Counted from the stretch's first letter, positions 13,680 through 27,176 are shown. The stretch: DNA of 64,000 nt from Eledone cirrhosa (GCA_964016885.1 OZ024740.1:131502001-131566000); one strand, 5' to 3'. Translations and numbers: made by a program. The notes: generated from the sequence alone by a model not told the origin.

Positions 13680-14544
13680 AAACACACAGATACCTGCGGA
13701 CACACACATATACATTAATGCATCCGCACCCAACCGTGAGTTAAGGGTGCCAACCTCACCGATGTTGCTCAATGAATGACTGGAACAGACCAATCCGGTT
13801 GAACTAGACTGAACCAGTATCAGAGTTAAAATACATTATGAAGAGAGAAGAAACATTTAGATATAATTAGTTATAAAATGTATCATACCTAAACTGCTCC
13901 TAGATTCCTCGACTACGTAGTTTCGTGGCATAAACAAAAACAATACATCATAAAGATATAGAGTCCTTGCTAGGTCTGCCGACATATCAAGAGGATACCT
14001 CATTTTACTAGTCTCAAGAACGCGTCTACACGACGTGAGAAAGAATCCCAAAAGGCGGAGGGGGAGACAGTTACGCGATACAACGGTCGAGAAACAGAGC
14101 TAAGCCTCTTATAACCCCGAAGAAAATACCACGGAGGCGGAGGGGGTGTTTATATCGAAACCGTAGAAGAGGTGGTGAAGGAGGCGAGAAGTATGAGTAC
14201 TGGAAGCTTTCCAGCAGTCCCCACACTTCAAAGATTGCTCGACCAGAGGGAGTTATTAACAATATATTTAAAGAGGCTTAGCACTGTTTCTCGACCGTTG
14301 TATCGCGTGACTGTCTCCCCCTCCGCCTTTTGGGATTCTTTCTCACGTCGTGTAGACGCGTTCTTGAGACTAGTAAAATGAGGTATCCTCTTGATAAGTC
14401 GGCAGACCTCGCAACGACTCTATATCTTTATGATGTATTGTTTTTGTTTATGCCACGAAACTACGTAGTCGAGGAATCTAGGAGCAGTTTAGGTATGATA
14501 CATTTTATTACTAATTATATCTAAATGTTTCTTCTCTCTTCATA

Positions 14545-14548
<4 letters not shown>
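13680..14548. mobile_element. Non-coding repeat (probable PLE end) with inverted duplication
   Basis: 13835-14110 is the reverse complement of 14272-14548; second copy of the family at 39970-40497. Confidence 0.85.
14386..14475 (+). ncRNA. Hammerhead ribozyme variant with UUGAUAA core (U3-A8)
   Basis: TCCTC-TTGATAA(14391-14397)-GTCGGCA...TGCCAC-GAAA(14457-14460)-CTACGTAG-TC/GAGGA; palindromic stem III, GUC triplet. Confidence 0.78.
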
Positions 14549-14579
<31 letters not shown>

Positions 14580-14584
<5 letters not shown>

Positions 14585-15214
14585 GTAAGTATGTATGGAT
14601 ACGTACATATATATATGTATACAGACGTACAGTAGTATGTATAAATATACATGCATGCACACACATATATATATGCACGTATCGGTTTACCGAACATTTA
14701 TTATAATGCTCGGTTTGTTTGTTTCTAAACAAACAAACAGCTCGATTTATGCTCTACAGTGTTTAGGCAACCACGTCAACTTTTTGTTCAACACTGACAC
14801 AGGAACGATGTACTGGTTTCAAGCTTACTAGCTATCGTCATCATCGTATACCTTCCTGCCAGATGGTTGAACGTCTGAAAGTATATACTTTCCTTATGCA
14901 TATTAACGGGTGAGCAGCCTAATTTGCGTATCGAACGAGTTCACTAGGCTGGGCACACCGAAAACGATAAATGCAATAGAATGAAACGAAATTTCATTTC
15001 TCACTGTTAGTACGAAACTTACCGTTTATATGCATAAGGAAAATATATACTTTCAGACGTTTAACCATCTGGCATATGTGTGCATGTATGTATATATATA
15101 CATACTACTGTACGTCTGTATACATATATGAATGTACGTATACATCCATACGTATGTACTTACATTTAGGTAAGTGCCGTACTAAGAGTGAGAAATGAAA
15201 TTTCGTTTCATTCT

Positions 15215-15220
<6 letters not shown>
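14580..15220. repeat. Repeat module C with decayed hammerhead (14805-14847, minus) and short internal inversions
   Basis: GTATCGGTTTACCGAAC..GTTTCAAGCTTA recurs at 39054, 39636, 41850, 43363, 47529; 14858-14910 is inverted at 15022-15074; minus strand ACGATG-ATGACGA-stem-GAAAC-CA-GTA/CATCGT. Confidence 0.75.
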
Positions 15221-15280
<60 letters not shown>

Positions 15281-15299
15281 TAGATAGATAGATAGATAG

Positions 15300-17310
15300 A
15301 TATAACGAAGAAAATGTGGTAAGGAACCAGATGGACCATAACGCACCAGAGTAATCAATACTTAGGGTAGTAGAATGGGTAATAGGAAAACATATGACCG
15401 CGACGGCAGAGCTCAAGCCGTTTTGACGGCTATTTCTCGACTAAACTAGAATTTTTATCCTGGTGAATAAATAGCCGAACTTTTCAAGGGGGTACTTCCT
15501 TATATGGGAAGATTGTAGTTGTCAAGAGGATTGGTCAGAATTTGTTGTAAACACAAATAAGTGTCATGGCAACTGGTGGGAGGTAGGTGTGACTGAACTT
15601 GCCTGTAGAACAATGAAGGTGTGAGCGGAACCGGTCAAGCGTTGAAAGTGAAATCTATACAGCAGATTCTAAGGGTAATGTATGAAAAGTCGAAAACATG
15701 TTCTGGAGAAAATGGAGGAGAGAAGTTATAGAATAGGTAAGTCAGCTGAGAGTAGGAGACAATAAAACAATAATAGAAAGAAATATAAAAAATATATAAA
15801 ATTAGATAGTGAGAAATGAATAATAAAAAAAGCAGTAGTGTCTAGAGACAGCTGTTATAATTTGTAGGTGTTGCCTTACGGCCCAAGCTATAAAAAAGGT
15901 TAATGCGTTGAGAATGGAAAACACTAAATAAGAAATTGTAGAAGTGAGTAGTGAAAAAATATAATGCAAACTTGTCAGGGTCTAACACAGCTGCTATAAA
16001 TAGTTAGTAAAGCGTATTCCTCCAATGCTCTCTTATGATTACAGGTTAGAAAATACCAAATAAGAAATTTCAAATTGTAGAATTGGAGTTGTAACAAAAA
16101 TGATATAACATTAGAGGGGGTCTAACACATCTACTATAAATAGTTAGGAAAGCCTAGTCGGCAAATTCTATCTTAATATTACTGAGGCTACAGAGACCCG
16201 ATGGGCTACATCGGGGTAGGCGGATTGGGAATAACACACGAGGAAGAAGATCGGGGTGGAAGGAAGTGATAGGATGTGACATGGGAAGAAGACAACATAG
16301 AGGAAAGGAAAAGGGTACATCTGCCTATGTAAGCTGGGGTTTCCCCTAACTTATTCGGCAAGTGTGGGGTATTAGCCCTTGTCTACCCACCCGGGGCGTT
16401 ATGAGGTCTGAGGGCGAGGTAATTCTACGCAATCTGTGTTTGCATGCGGTTACCAGTTCGTCTTTCTTGTTTAGGAGTTGGTGCTTAGAAAACAGCATTT
16501 GTAATGTTTTCTCCGAGCATAAGTTATATGGACGGCGTCCTCTCGCGTAAGAGTTAGCTGTGGACAGTAAGCTCCAAGTGAGATATTAGGTTATATTATT
16601 ATCTTGGAGATCCCAGATGTGGCCCGAAAGTGTAGTGGCATGTCGCCGGACCGGGTTTCGGAAAGTATGTCGGTGTTGGTAGAGCCGGGTTTTAAAGTCA
16701 CAAGCGGGTGATCCTATATAATATATAAGCTTTGTTGGAGGTGTCCGTTCTGACGTTCTCGGAATATGTTGTTGAGGGGGCACGTTGATCTATCAGGGCA
16801 GTTACACCTCCTCGTCGGCTCTCCACTGATGTCTCGCTTGTTTCTTCCATAGGAATTGAGCTTTTTGTTGTTTGAGGAAACGATGTTTTGTGCGAAGGTA
16901 GGTGTGATGCTGTAGTAGAGTTTGATGGTGTTTTTGTTGATTATATTGTGGTAGCGGTGTTGTAGTGGGAAGGTATTATTGGCAAAATAGGCTAACTATT
17001 TATAGCAGCTGTGTTAGACCACTGAAAAGTTTGCCGTATATGTTTTGACTACCCACTTCTACAATTTCTTATTTAGTATTTTCCCTTTTCAACTTATTAA
17101 CATTTTCTAGAGCTTTGGCCGTACAAACAACACCTACTAATTATAGAAGCTGTCTCTAGACTCTACTGGTTTTTTTTTTTTTTATTCATTTCTCACTATC
17201 CAATTTTATATATTTCTATTATATTTCTCTCTATTATTTGTTATTGTATCCTACTCTCATTTGATTTACCTATTCTATAACTTCCCTCCTCCATTTTCCC
17301 AGAAAAGTTG
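15300..17310 (-). mobile_element. 5'-truncated PLE (GIY-YIG remnant ~16420-16970 + 3' UTR) with inverted segment 16990-17310
   Basis: Minus strand YYIGSPACDFKTRLYQHRHTF..ATTLSGHIWDL..NLCSE..LLNKKDELVTACKH; 16990-17305 is the reverse complement of ~15690-16010. Confidence 0.85.
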
Positions 17311-17314
17311 ATAT

Positions 17315-17508
17315 TGCACTCAGTTCTCCTATGGGAGCCCCTACGAGGACACACTGGAAGAGGAGGACCAAGGCTAACGTATGTTGATTCCCTAAGGACA
17401 GACACTTGTCTGTTGGAGACGCAGGACATGGCAGCGATAATGAGGGACAGAGACTTCTGGAGAAAACTCGTCCATGGATCTCGGGAATTTTACCTGCCCT
17501 AGAAAAAA
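17315..17508 (+). mobile_element. 3' end fragment of RTE-clade LINE
   Basis: [40 protein letters not shown] resembles the RTE ORF C-terminus; ends in a short A tract. Confidence 0.75.
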
Positions 17509-17511
17509 TAC

Positions 17512-17541
<30 letters not shown>

Positions 17542-17542
<1 letters not shown>

Positions 17543-17685
17543 GGAGTCCAGAATTAGCCGTCGAAACGGCTTGAGCTCAGCTGTCGGGGTCTTACTGGTT
17601 CCTATTACCCACTCTACTACCTCAAGTATTGAGTACTTTGGTGCGTTATGGTCCACCTGGTTCCTTACCACATCTCCTTCGTTAT
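17542..17685 (+). repeat. Short terminal module D of the 15300-17310 PLE family
   Basis: AATTAGCCGTCGAAACGGCTTGAGCTC..GGTCCACCTGGTTCC, also at 15300-15440, 42045-42235, 43568-43757, 54000-54135, 54935-55063. Confidence 0.8.
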
Positions 17686-17723
17686 ATATATATATATATA
17701 TATTTATACATGTATATATATTG

Positions 17724-17783
<60 letters not shown>

Positions 17784-17793
17784 GTATATCTAT

Positions 17794-17870
<77 letters not shown>

Positions 17871-18067
17871 TTTAGTTTTGTTGGTTCACCACTGGATAGA
17901 ACTGGTCATTCCGTATGGTCAATCATGGTGTAATATAGTTAGGAGTACTCAACGCAGTGCATTTCACCCATCTTTGTTTGTGCAGTTGGGGTGCGAATAC
18001 GGAGTTAACTATAAATGAAATAAAATAACAGGAGGCTGGACTGGTGTAAATCCTTGAAAGGTTTATT

Positions 18068-18125
18068 ATACTATGATCATTTCAATGACCAGGTTCCATA
18101 TGAATCCGGTTATATCATCAGGTAT
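18068..18125 (-). ncRNA. Minimal type I hammerhead ribozyme
   Basis: Reverse complement of 19886-19943; CTGATGA and GAAATGATCATA intact. Confidence 0.8.
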
Positions 18126-19885
18126 TGGAATATAACAAAGGAATATGTAAAAAACTATGGGTCCGAAAAATCAGAGACAGAGACAGAGAGGACGACCGAA
18201 CAACTAGCTTCTCGGCCAGTCGCCCTCAAAATGTTGGCAACTGAAACTAATAATGAATATCTGGTGAGGGGGCGAAGGCTTATAATGCACTACCACCACT
18301 CCGTCAAAGAAGAAGGGGAAGAAATAAATAAAGGGAGACAGAAGAGTAGTGTAAAGGGTCATACTACATTCATGCTAGAAAATGCAGCGACAAAATGCTA
18401 CCCCAGGGAATCTATAATGGGTGTCTGTATGGTCTAATGTGTGAACCGAAGATTGGAACGTTAAACTTATATTTTGAGTTATAGGATGAAATTAAATTAA
18501 ATTAAAAATATTAAATTGAAAAATGATAAATTGAAAAATTATTTATTAGAGAATTAAAGATTAAGGTAGCGAGATTTATGTATTTAATGAACTTACGGAA
18601 AGAGTCTTATATGAAAAAAAATATCTCGATAAGATATTAGCATGGGATATAGAGTAAATATTTCTATTGGGATCCCAGCCAGCACACCCCCATCATGAGT
18701 CAGCCAGTCTCGAGTGGTATCGTCCAGCGAAAGAAATGGAAATTAATTTTTCCGAGTACTCTAGGAACTTAGCTACCTTAGGCTTCGGGAGCGCTAGCGG
18801 GAACTCCACAATTTCGACAGGCCATCGTCTATACCAACCGAATACTATTAAATCCCACATGAGGGGTTTATTTACGTGCCAATCGAGGCATGATACTGCT
18901 AATAGTTATGTCTAAACCTGGAGTTTGTGGGTACAAGTATAATGTGGCGGCCAAAACAGGCGGCGCGGTGGGACCGCGGCAAAGCTCCTCTTTCGGTAAA
19001 CGAAATTACCCGGAGCGTCTTGCTTTGCCCCGGTCCCACTGCGCCGCCTGTTTTTGGCCGCCATATTATACTTGTACCTACAAACTCCAGGTTTAGGCAT
19101 AACTATTAGCTGTATCATGCCTCTATTGGCACGTAAATAAACCCCTCATGTGGGATTTAATAGTATTCGGTTGGTATAGACGATGGCCTGTCGAAATTGT
19201 GGAGTTCCTGCTAGCGCTCCCGAAGCCTATGGTAGCTAGTTACAAGAGTACTCGGAAAAATCAATTTCCATTTCTTTCGCTGGACGATACTACTCGAGAC
19301 TGGCTGACTCATGGAGGGGGGTGTGCTGGCTGGGACTCCCAATCGAAATATTTACTCTATATCCCATGCTAATATCTTATCGAGATAAATTATTTCATAT
19401 AAGACTGTCTACGTAAGTTCATTAAATAATTAAATCTCGCTACCTTAATCTTTAATTCTCTAATAAATAATTTTTCAACTTATCTTTTTGCAATTTAATA
19501 TTTTAATTTATTTAATTTCATCCTATAACTCGCAACATAAGTTTAACGTTCCAATCTTCGGTTCACACATTAGACCACACAGACACCCATTATAGATTAT
19601 CTGGTGTAGCATCTTTTCGCGGCATTTTCTAGCATGAATGTAGTAAGACCCTTTACACTACTCTTCTTTCTCCCTTTCTTTCTTTCTTTCTTCCCCTTCT
19701 TCTTTGACGGAGTGGTGGTTGTGCATTATAAGCCTTCGCCCCCTCACCAGATATTCATTAGTAGCTTCAGTTGCCATCACTTTGAGGGCGACTGGCCGAG
19801 AAGCTAGTTGGTTGGTCGTCCTCTCTGTCTCTGTCTATGATTTTTCGGACCCATAGCTTTTTACATATTCCTTTGTTATATTCCA

Positions 19886-19943
19886 ATACCTGATGATATC
19901 ACCGGATTCATATGGAACCCGGTCATTGAAATGATCATAGTAT
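19886..19943 (+). ncRNA. Minimal type I hammerhead ribozyme
   Basis: ATAC-CTGATGA(19890-19896)-tatcaccgg...ccggtcatt-GAAA(19928-19931)-TGATCA-TA/GTAT; palindromic stem III. Confidence 0.83.
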
Positions 19944-19997
19944 AATAGACCTTTCGAGGATTTACACCAGTCCAGCCTCCTGTTATTTTATTTCATT

Positions 19998-20091
<94 letters not shown>

Positions 20092-20113
20092 CATGCGTAT
20101 ATTTATATGCATA

Positions 20114-20163
<50 letters not shown>

Positions 20164-21696
20164 TATTAGTTAGATGTGTATCTACAGTGACTGCGTGCCG
20201 TTCGAAGCACTCAATCCCGTAATGAGATCCGTCTTGTTTGGGCTGTATTCCATTGTTACACCGTTGTAGTGTGCTGAGTGAAAATAGATTAAGTAGAATC
20301 GAGTGACTTTTGCATCTTATGTACAAGCTTTATTGGCATATTACAATTGTTTCGATATTGATCAGCTTAATGTAGAATCAATATGATCAGTTTCGACAAT
20401 ATTTTGATATATATGCGTTTATATGAGCAAATACACATCTAAACTGTAGACAAAGTACCCGGATCTGTTTATATAGATTTAGTAATGGGGATTTAGAGAG
20501 CTGAGGGAGGTAACACTATGTTTACATTTACACGGTGAAAGATAAAGAATAAAGGATAACACATAAAATATGTTCATCCTTTTGCATTTATTCTCCATCC
20601 TTTTACCCCCTCTCCACTCCTATATTAGTTTATTTAGTCCTGATACTAGTTTTCGGACACTAGGTTTCACACCCATATTTTGTTTGGGTTTATACTACCT
20701 AGGTGTAGGTTTTCCTTATAGAGATTTACGGTTCTCTAATCAGTCGCTAAATAAAATAATAGGTATATATTAGCAATTCCTCTATTTCTTTTGTTGTGAA
20801 TAATTTATTGGTTAATATATCTTGTATTTCTTTAGCATATTCCGCACAAAATCATTTTAAAACTTGCGAATGTATTATTGTGTGATGTTGATTCCTCGGA
20901 AACATGCAACAGAAAATATAACACCAAGTAAAATTATGCAAAACAATTGGAGTAACATGCAACATAACGATAGGTTTCAAGTCTCGTAACATGCGAGTTT
21001 CACAATTAGGCAAAGGTGCAACAAAATATTTAAGTGAACAAATGAGATTTAGCTCTGGCATATCAAGCAATCTCAATATTGTTGCTTCCTTTATTATCAA
21101 TAGAACTGAAATATGCGCTTAAAATCATATAATGAATTATGTGCATCAGTGTCGCATTCATTCTTAACTGTAAATGCTTTATATATACATAAACGTGTTT
21201 TACCTTATCTAGAATGTGTTATGATTCTCTCCACAACTCACCTTAACATATTTACACGATTCTTACTTACGTACTTACCTATTCTAAGAAAATGTATGCT
21301 AGCTACAGACTGAAACGTCAGCAATGTTAGACATTCGTTGTTTTATATGAATTTGCTCCTTTGTAGAGTATTTCTTATTGTACTAATACATAAATATTTA
21401 GAGTTCCCCCTCTTAGTTCGTATTTTTTAAACGGATATGCGGTAAGTTTTGCTCAAAGATATTCTGCATGAAGCAGATAAGTTTAGTTAAATGCCTTGTC
21501 CTCCATTGCCACGTAATCATTATTGGAAAACGGGAAATAATCAATTAAATCTCATTCGTAATTAATCTAATTTGTTAAATGTATTTCATCACTTTTACAT
21601 TGCAAACAACTAAATGCTATGCCTGTATTCCCAAAATAAATTTCTCTGTGCCTTAAGATTGATTCTCGTCTGTTTGCTTTTATTATATTACTGTGA

Positions 21697-21885
21697 GCGG
21701 CGGATTGGCAGTATTGGTAGAGGGTCGGACGCCATGCTTTGATGCATAGAGTTACCGCCTTTGCCATTCTGAGTTCAAATCCCGCCGAGGTTAACTCTGC
21801 CTCTCAACCTTATAGGGTCGATCAAATAAAGTACCAGTAATACACTGGATAATTGCTGGCCTTGTGCCAAAAGTAGAAACAATTA
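21697..21885 (+). mobile_element. tRNA-derived SINE with target-site duplication
   Basis: TGGCAGTATTGG A-box-like, GTTCAAATCC B box; direct repeat ATTATATTACTGTGAGCG at 21682-21699 and 21882-21899. Confidence 0.9.
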
Positions 21886-24800
21886 TATTACTGTGAGCGT
21901 ATCTTGTGCTTTCCTGATATCCTATAGCAAATGCTCACATCTTTCTCTTTCCTGCGTATTTTGCCATTAAATTTAATTATCTTCAAAAGACGCGTAATGA
22001 TTCAAATTTTATAATCACTAATGAGGATAACATACTTATCATTCCTAAAGCGGTGTCTGAATGAATGGTTGAAAGTGAAATGTCAGTAATATGTATTGCT
22101 GATTTGGTTAAGCCAATTTGAAAAAGGAATAGTATTTTTGTATAAAAATAAATAAGTCGTGACTAAATTTACGAGAATCACATCAAATATATATTCATTA
22201 CGTATATTTTCAAAGAGCTTAAAACACTGCCCCTATTCTATTTCTGTAACTCTCGCCTACTTTTTCACAAGTTCAGTAATCCCTAATCGATGTATCATAT
22301 TGTGTGTACTAGCTATATGCAAACACCATTTAATCATTTATTTTACAATCCAATGCAAGTTAACCCCACATTCCCATTTAAACGATTATATATCTCGCTT
22401 TACGTCCATTCTTATTACTGTCGTTTACATTTAAAACCGCATCCCACAATTTCATATAAATGTTATCAGTTGAACTAATAAGCAGAAAAAATAAATGGAT
22501 TAAAGTTACATTTAAGCTTCTCGTTTATACAAACTAAACGAATGCTTACTCTCATCTGTGAATGTATACTGCTATACATAAACACATACTCAACTAGAGT
22601 AGAAATCAGTATTATAATTATACAAACATGCAAGTTTGAAATAATTTGATTCCATGTGGTACATACAAGACCACGAATATGACGTTTAAAATGAATCCAT
22701 GAAAACGCCACTAGCTAAACACAAAATTTAAATACATATAATTATATGATATTCTATGAAAAATAGTTTTGATAAACATATATCACGTTAAAGTACACGA
22801 ACGCTAAAGTATATTGCAAGTAAATCCTTAATGGAAGTTTGTCTGCAATCTATAAAATGTTACTTATGAAAGCAAAAATTAAGAATGTGAACTTACATTT
22901 ATTTGAATAGATATTTCTGCTAGAAATTCTATTTTCATTGCATATTATAAAGCATTGAATATTTGGAATTGTACTATCGTTAACATTACTTTACAACCTT
23001 TATGACATTATTTTATGCACATTTTGATGAGGAGCCGTTTCGATGGGAAATATTTCGAAAATATGAAGTCAATAATATACATTTCGATAGCTGTAGTCAA
23101 ATGAAAAGTCTTTCTATGATACACGTTGCCTGAGACTCAAACTCATCGCCACAGAAAATCTCTTTTTTAATGAATTATATTCGTTTTATCAATATTTCTC
23201 CGAATGTAAATCTATTTTCTGGAATATATGGACTGTCATTTGAATATAAGATTAAGATTTTATAACAGGTTGCTTACAAACAGAAGTCAATGGCAGGTCA
23301 TACCCCTCATTCTAAAAATATTTTATTCTCTTTCCCAATGTTTTTTTGTGTTTGAGATAAACATTTCATATGTTGCATATTCTAGCCTTATGCTAAAGTT
23401 AGAAAGAAGTATTACTGCAGTTGCAAATGGTCAGCTAAATTCGAAAGAGCACCCGACAACATTTCTATAAATAATTTAGTCGGCCCTTTTACGTTCAAAT
23501 GCTGCCGAAGTGAAACTTGACTTTCTTTCAGTGGCCGACAAAATGAAGTAAAATTTAGGAACTGTGGTTGTTATAATCGATTGTTCGCTCTCCCAATATC
23601 GTTTAGCTGGTAACTAAACTAAAAACCAATGTGGCTTCAATCACATAATGGTGGGAAAGATAATGTTTCTTTGTTCAGCGGGCAACAACACGTCGTACAG
23701 TAACAGTACCAACAACCGCAACGATGACAACAGCTACAAACAAGCTACATAAATCAAAACTAAAATTCACGTGAACCTGGTTCTATGCATGGACATCATT
23801 TATCGTCAAAGCCAATGTTTGCCATTGTGAACGCCGACATCATCCCAACACCATGACAATAATCACAAGAAAAACAAACTCTGCCACTACCAACACAACA
23901 ACAAATAACATCAATATCATAAACAACAGTAACAGAACAAGAGAGAACGACAAAAATAAATTCAATGAAAACATGATTTACAGTAATACGAAAAACACAA
24001 GAAAAGTTAGTTCAGACACAACAAATGTAAATACAGTATATGTTTCCGGTAATATTAGAAACCGGACTCACAATCGGCAGAAGAACAGAAGGTAATAACG
24101 TTTGAAATAGGAAAGACATCAGTAGTGTTGTCACCGAGAGTAGTGGTAGAAACGACAACAAAACAAAAAAAAAACACGTTCGTCTATGGGAGCCAACGAG
24201 CTGAAACTGCCACAGCTACACAAGTAGATAAAGCCATAAAATATGTAATGATTGATGTGGCCCACATACAATGAATAAGAAACTGTTCTGCCATAGAGGT
24301 CCTATTTAAAAGCCAGGACCTAGCAGGAAAATATTCAAAGGTTCCCCACAGGAGTACGGAGGTCATCATTTATCTAATGAACCTCTCAAGAAGCCTCACA
24401 GTCTGAAAATATTGTGTATGCCACCAGTTGTAAACAAATAGCCCGCATTGCTCTTGGTGATCCACATACACCTCCCGTGGTTCAACGCATCTAAAGAACG
24501 AAATTGTTACGGGAATAACCGAGAGAATCTGCTTCAGGTTATAGTAAATCAAATAGAAAAATTCCCTGACAAATAATATTCGCCCGACGTGCAAGAATAA
24601 AAATAGGTGAAAGCCAAGACGCCAATTGTATGCGGCCACACTCACCTAAACGCAATCTGCTCACACAAAGAGGACACTATAGGCCATCGCAAGTACCAAC
24701 ACCTCGGAACCAACAAAAACAACAATAACAGCATGCCACACCTGCAACAGAATCATTAACAAAAAGAGTGACAGCAGAAATGCCAACAATAAGAGCAGCA

Positions 24801-25383
24801 GCTGCAGCAGCAATATGCACAAATGAAGCTCAGACAACTGCAACAATAGCAGAAGTATACCCAACACCAACCACAAAATCCCCAACGCCAGTGGAAGATA
24901 TATTTTAGCCAGAACGGACAGGCAGTTTTTATTTGCCTGTTTGCCATGGTGAAAGACATCGTGTGGTAAGCACATTTGAAAATTGAACAAAATCACGTTC
25001 CTCTTCAACAAAGCCCTGATTGCCTTTTACATGTTCCACTTGATAAAGGAAATTGGCTTGGAGAGGCATTCCACCCTGTTGGTTGAAAGGTTGGAGAGAG
25101 AGAGAGGCAACCATGACCTGCGCTGAGTTTGTGCCTGTAGATTGGAAGTAGCAGAGTGGTCAGGTTGACCTTGAATATTTGGGGCTTTCTCTATGTGACA
25201 ATCGAAAGACCCCGTATTGGGGAATATATTTTCTTTGAACTTTTACATGTTACTTAAAACCTTTTTATGGCCACAACCCCTACTACAACACCCTGTACCG
25301 TCCAGCGCCGTCGTTAATGTTTTCATATTGCCAAGCATGCGGGGCTAATAAATGAATCATCACTATTATTTTTGTTGTTGTTT

Positions 25384-25600
25384 AGGCAGAAGCGGAAGAG
25401 TGTCGGACAAAATGCTTTGCGGGATTATGTTACATCCCTTTACACTATGAGTTCAAATCTTGCTGATGTTAGCTTTGCCTTTCATACTTACGGGGTCTAT
25501 AAAATAAATTACCAATAATGTACTGGGACTGATTTAATGGACATTCTCCTCCCACTCAAATTGCTGGCCTCGTGCCTAAAGGGACAATTATTATTATTAT
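25384..25600 (+). mobile_element. Diverged tRNA-derived SINE
   Basis: GTCGGACAAAATGCTT..GAGTTCAAATCT..AATTGCTGGCCTCGTGCC, similar to 21697-21885; (ATT)n tail. Confidence 0.7.
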
Positions 25601-26466
25601 TGTTATCATTATTATTATCATCGTTATTATTACTTTATCATCGTAGGTATAACATTGATCACTAGTAGTATTATTAGTTAATTGTGTGCCAACATTAGAA
25701 ACCATTGTTAGTAGTTGTATTTTCGACTGGTATTAGTAGTAGTAACATTTCCTTTCTTAATTCGTTACTTGAAATATAAAAACCATTTACATTCCATTAC
25801 TTGTAAAATAGTGAATTGAAGGAGATGCATATGAAACTATATCGTATTTCGCAGTGTTTCCTGTAACTAGAATGGTTTCATTTCGATCAAAGGATTCTGG
25901 AGAATTATTCTGATAATTAAGCTAATGTACATGTTTTCAGATACGCAAGGAGCACAAATTCATTGAAAGTAGAACATTTTTATTATTTCTAATGCTATAT
26001 TCTATTAAGCAATATCGTTCACAAAAACGGAATATATGTAATGGATTTTAATCAATGAATTCTTTAATTTCAGTACATTTTCCATATACATATTAATTAT
26101 GATCTCTGAATTTTAAAGACTCTTCGCCTTAGATAGATAAAGCAGTGTTCATATACTGACATTTACATTTCTGTTCAGTATTTCTGAGCTGTAGTGGATG
26201 CAAATACTTCGCATGATATTCTTCGATGTTAAAACAAAAACAACTAATAACTTCTAGCTGATATGTAGCCAACACGAGACTCATAGACTTAACCCTTCAT
26301 ATGAAATATCTTTTAAAATGGGAAAAGATAAAATTGCATATGCAACAATTTCATGAATTCTAAACACTTAGTTAACTTGTATAAATGGTAATCTCAACAT
26401 GAATTTGGTATTTCTTTACAAAGAAAAAATATATATATATATAATGGAATGAGAAACCTCCGTTTA

Positions 26467-26660
26467 TAAGGTTGCGCAATCCAGAGTTCAATGTTAACTA
26501 ATTTATGGTAAATCGTAGTATATAATAAATTATGGTTACGCAATCCAGAGTACAATGTTAACTAATTTATAGCAAATCGTAGTATATAATAAATTAAGGT
26601 TACGCAATCCAGAGTACAATGTTAAATAATTTATGGCAAATCGTAGTATATAATAAATTA
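26467..26660. repeat. Minisatellite, 3 x 64 bp
   Basis: GGTTRCGCAATCCAGAGT... starts at 26470, 26534 and 26598. Confidence 0.92.
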
Positions 26661-26949
26661 GCATACCTCACGATTCAACGTACATTCATGCTATAAAAGG
26701 ACATACATGTATATTTGCTAAAATAAACAATTAGAACAATATTAGGTAAAAATTATCTAAAGACGAAATTCAATATTTTCCCGTTAATGTAATAACTTTA
26801 AAGATGTGCCTACAAGTATAGTACACTCTCCCCATGTATACATTTTAGTCGGTTCCATCTCCTAAGCGAAACCTAGACACACGCACGCAATCCGGAAATA
26901 CATTGATACTTATATCTATATATGTAAGAAAGAGGAGAAAGAATAGGGA

Positions 26950-27115
<166 letters not shown>

Positions 27116-27176
27116 AATAATTTCTGGATTATCCTGAAGTTTAAACAGATTTTGCGAATTTATTTCTTTATTTCAG

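Larger units (their letters stand above)
18010..20000. repeat. ~2-kb palindrome (two ~975-bp arms, ~35-nt spacer)
   Basis: 18010-18985 is the reverse complement of 19021-20000 with scattered mismatches. Confidence 0.95.

Noticed and set aside
13857-14524. Repeated 64-aa ORF MGFFLTSCRRVLE.. (three copies)
   Set aside because: Recurs only because the repeat is duplicated; starts at TTG, overlaps the ribozyme, no recognisable domain.
17945-18010. Minus-strand GAAATGCACTGCGTT/GAGT with ACCC/GGGT stem
   Set aside because: No CUGANGA-like core upstream; at most a very decayed HHR.
23740-25300. Less AT-rich tract with short ORFs, possibly an old LINE ORF1/endonuclease
   Set aside because: No diagnostic motif could be read confidently.
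26467-26660. CRISPR-like array
   Set aside because: Contiguous repeats without unique spacers, in eukaryotic DNA.
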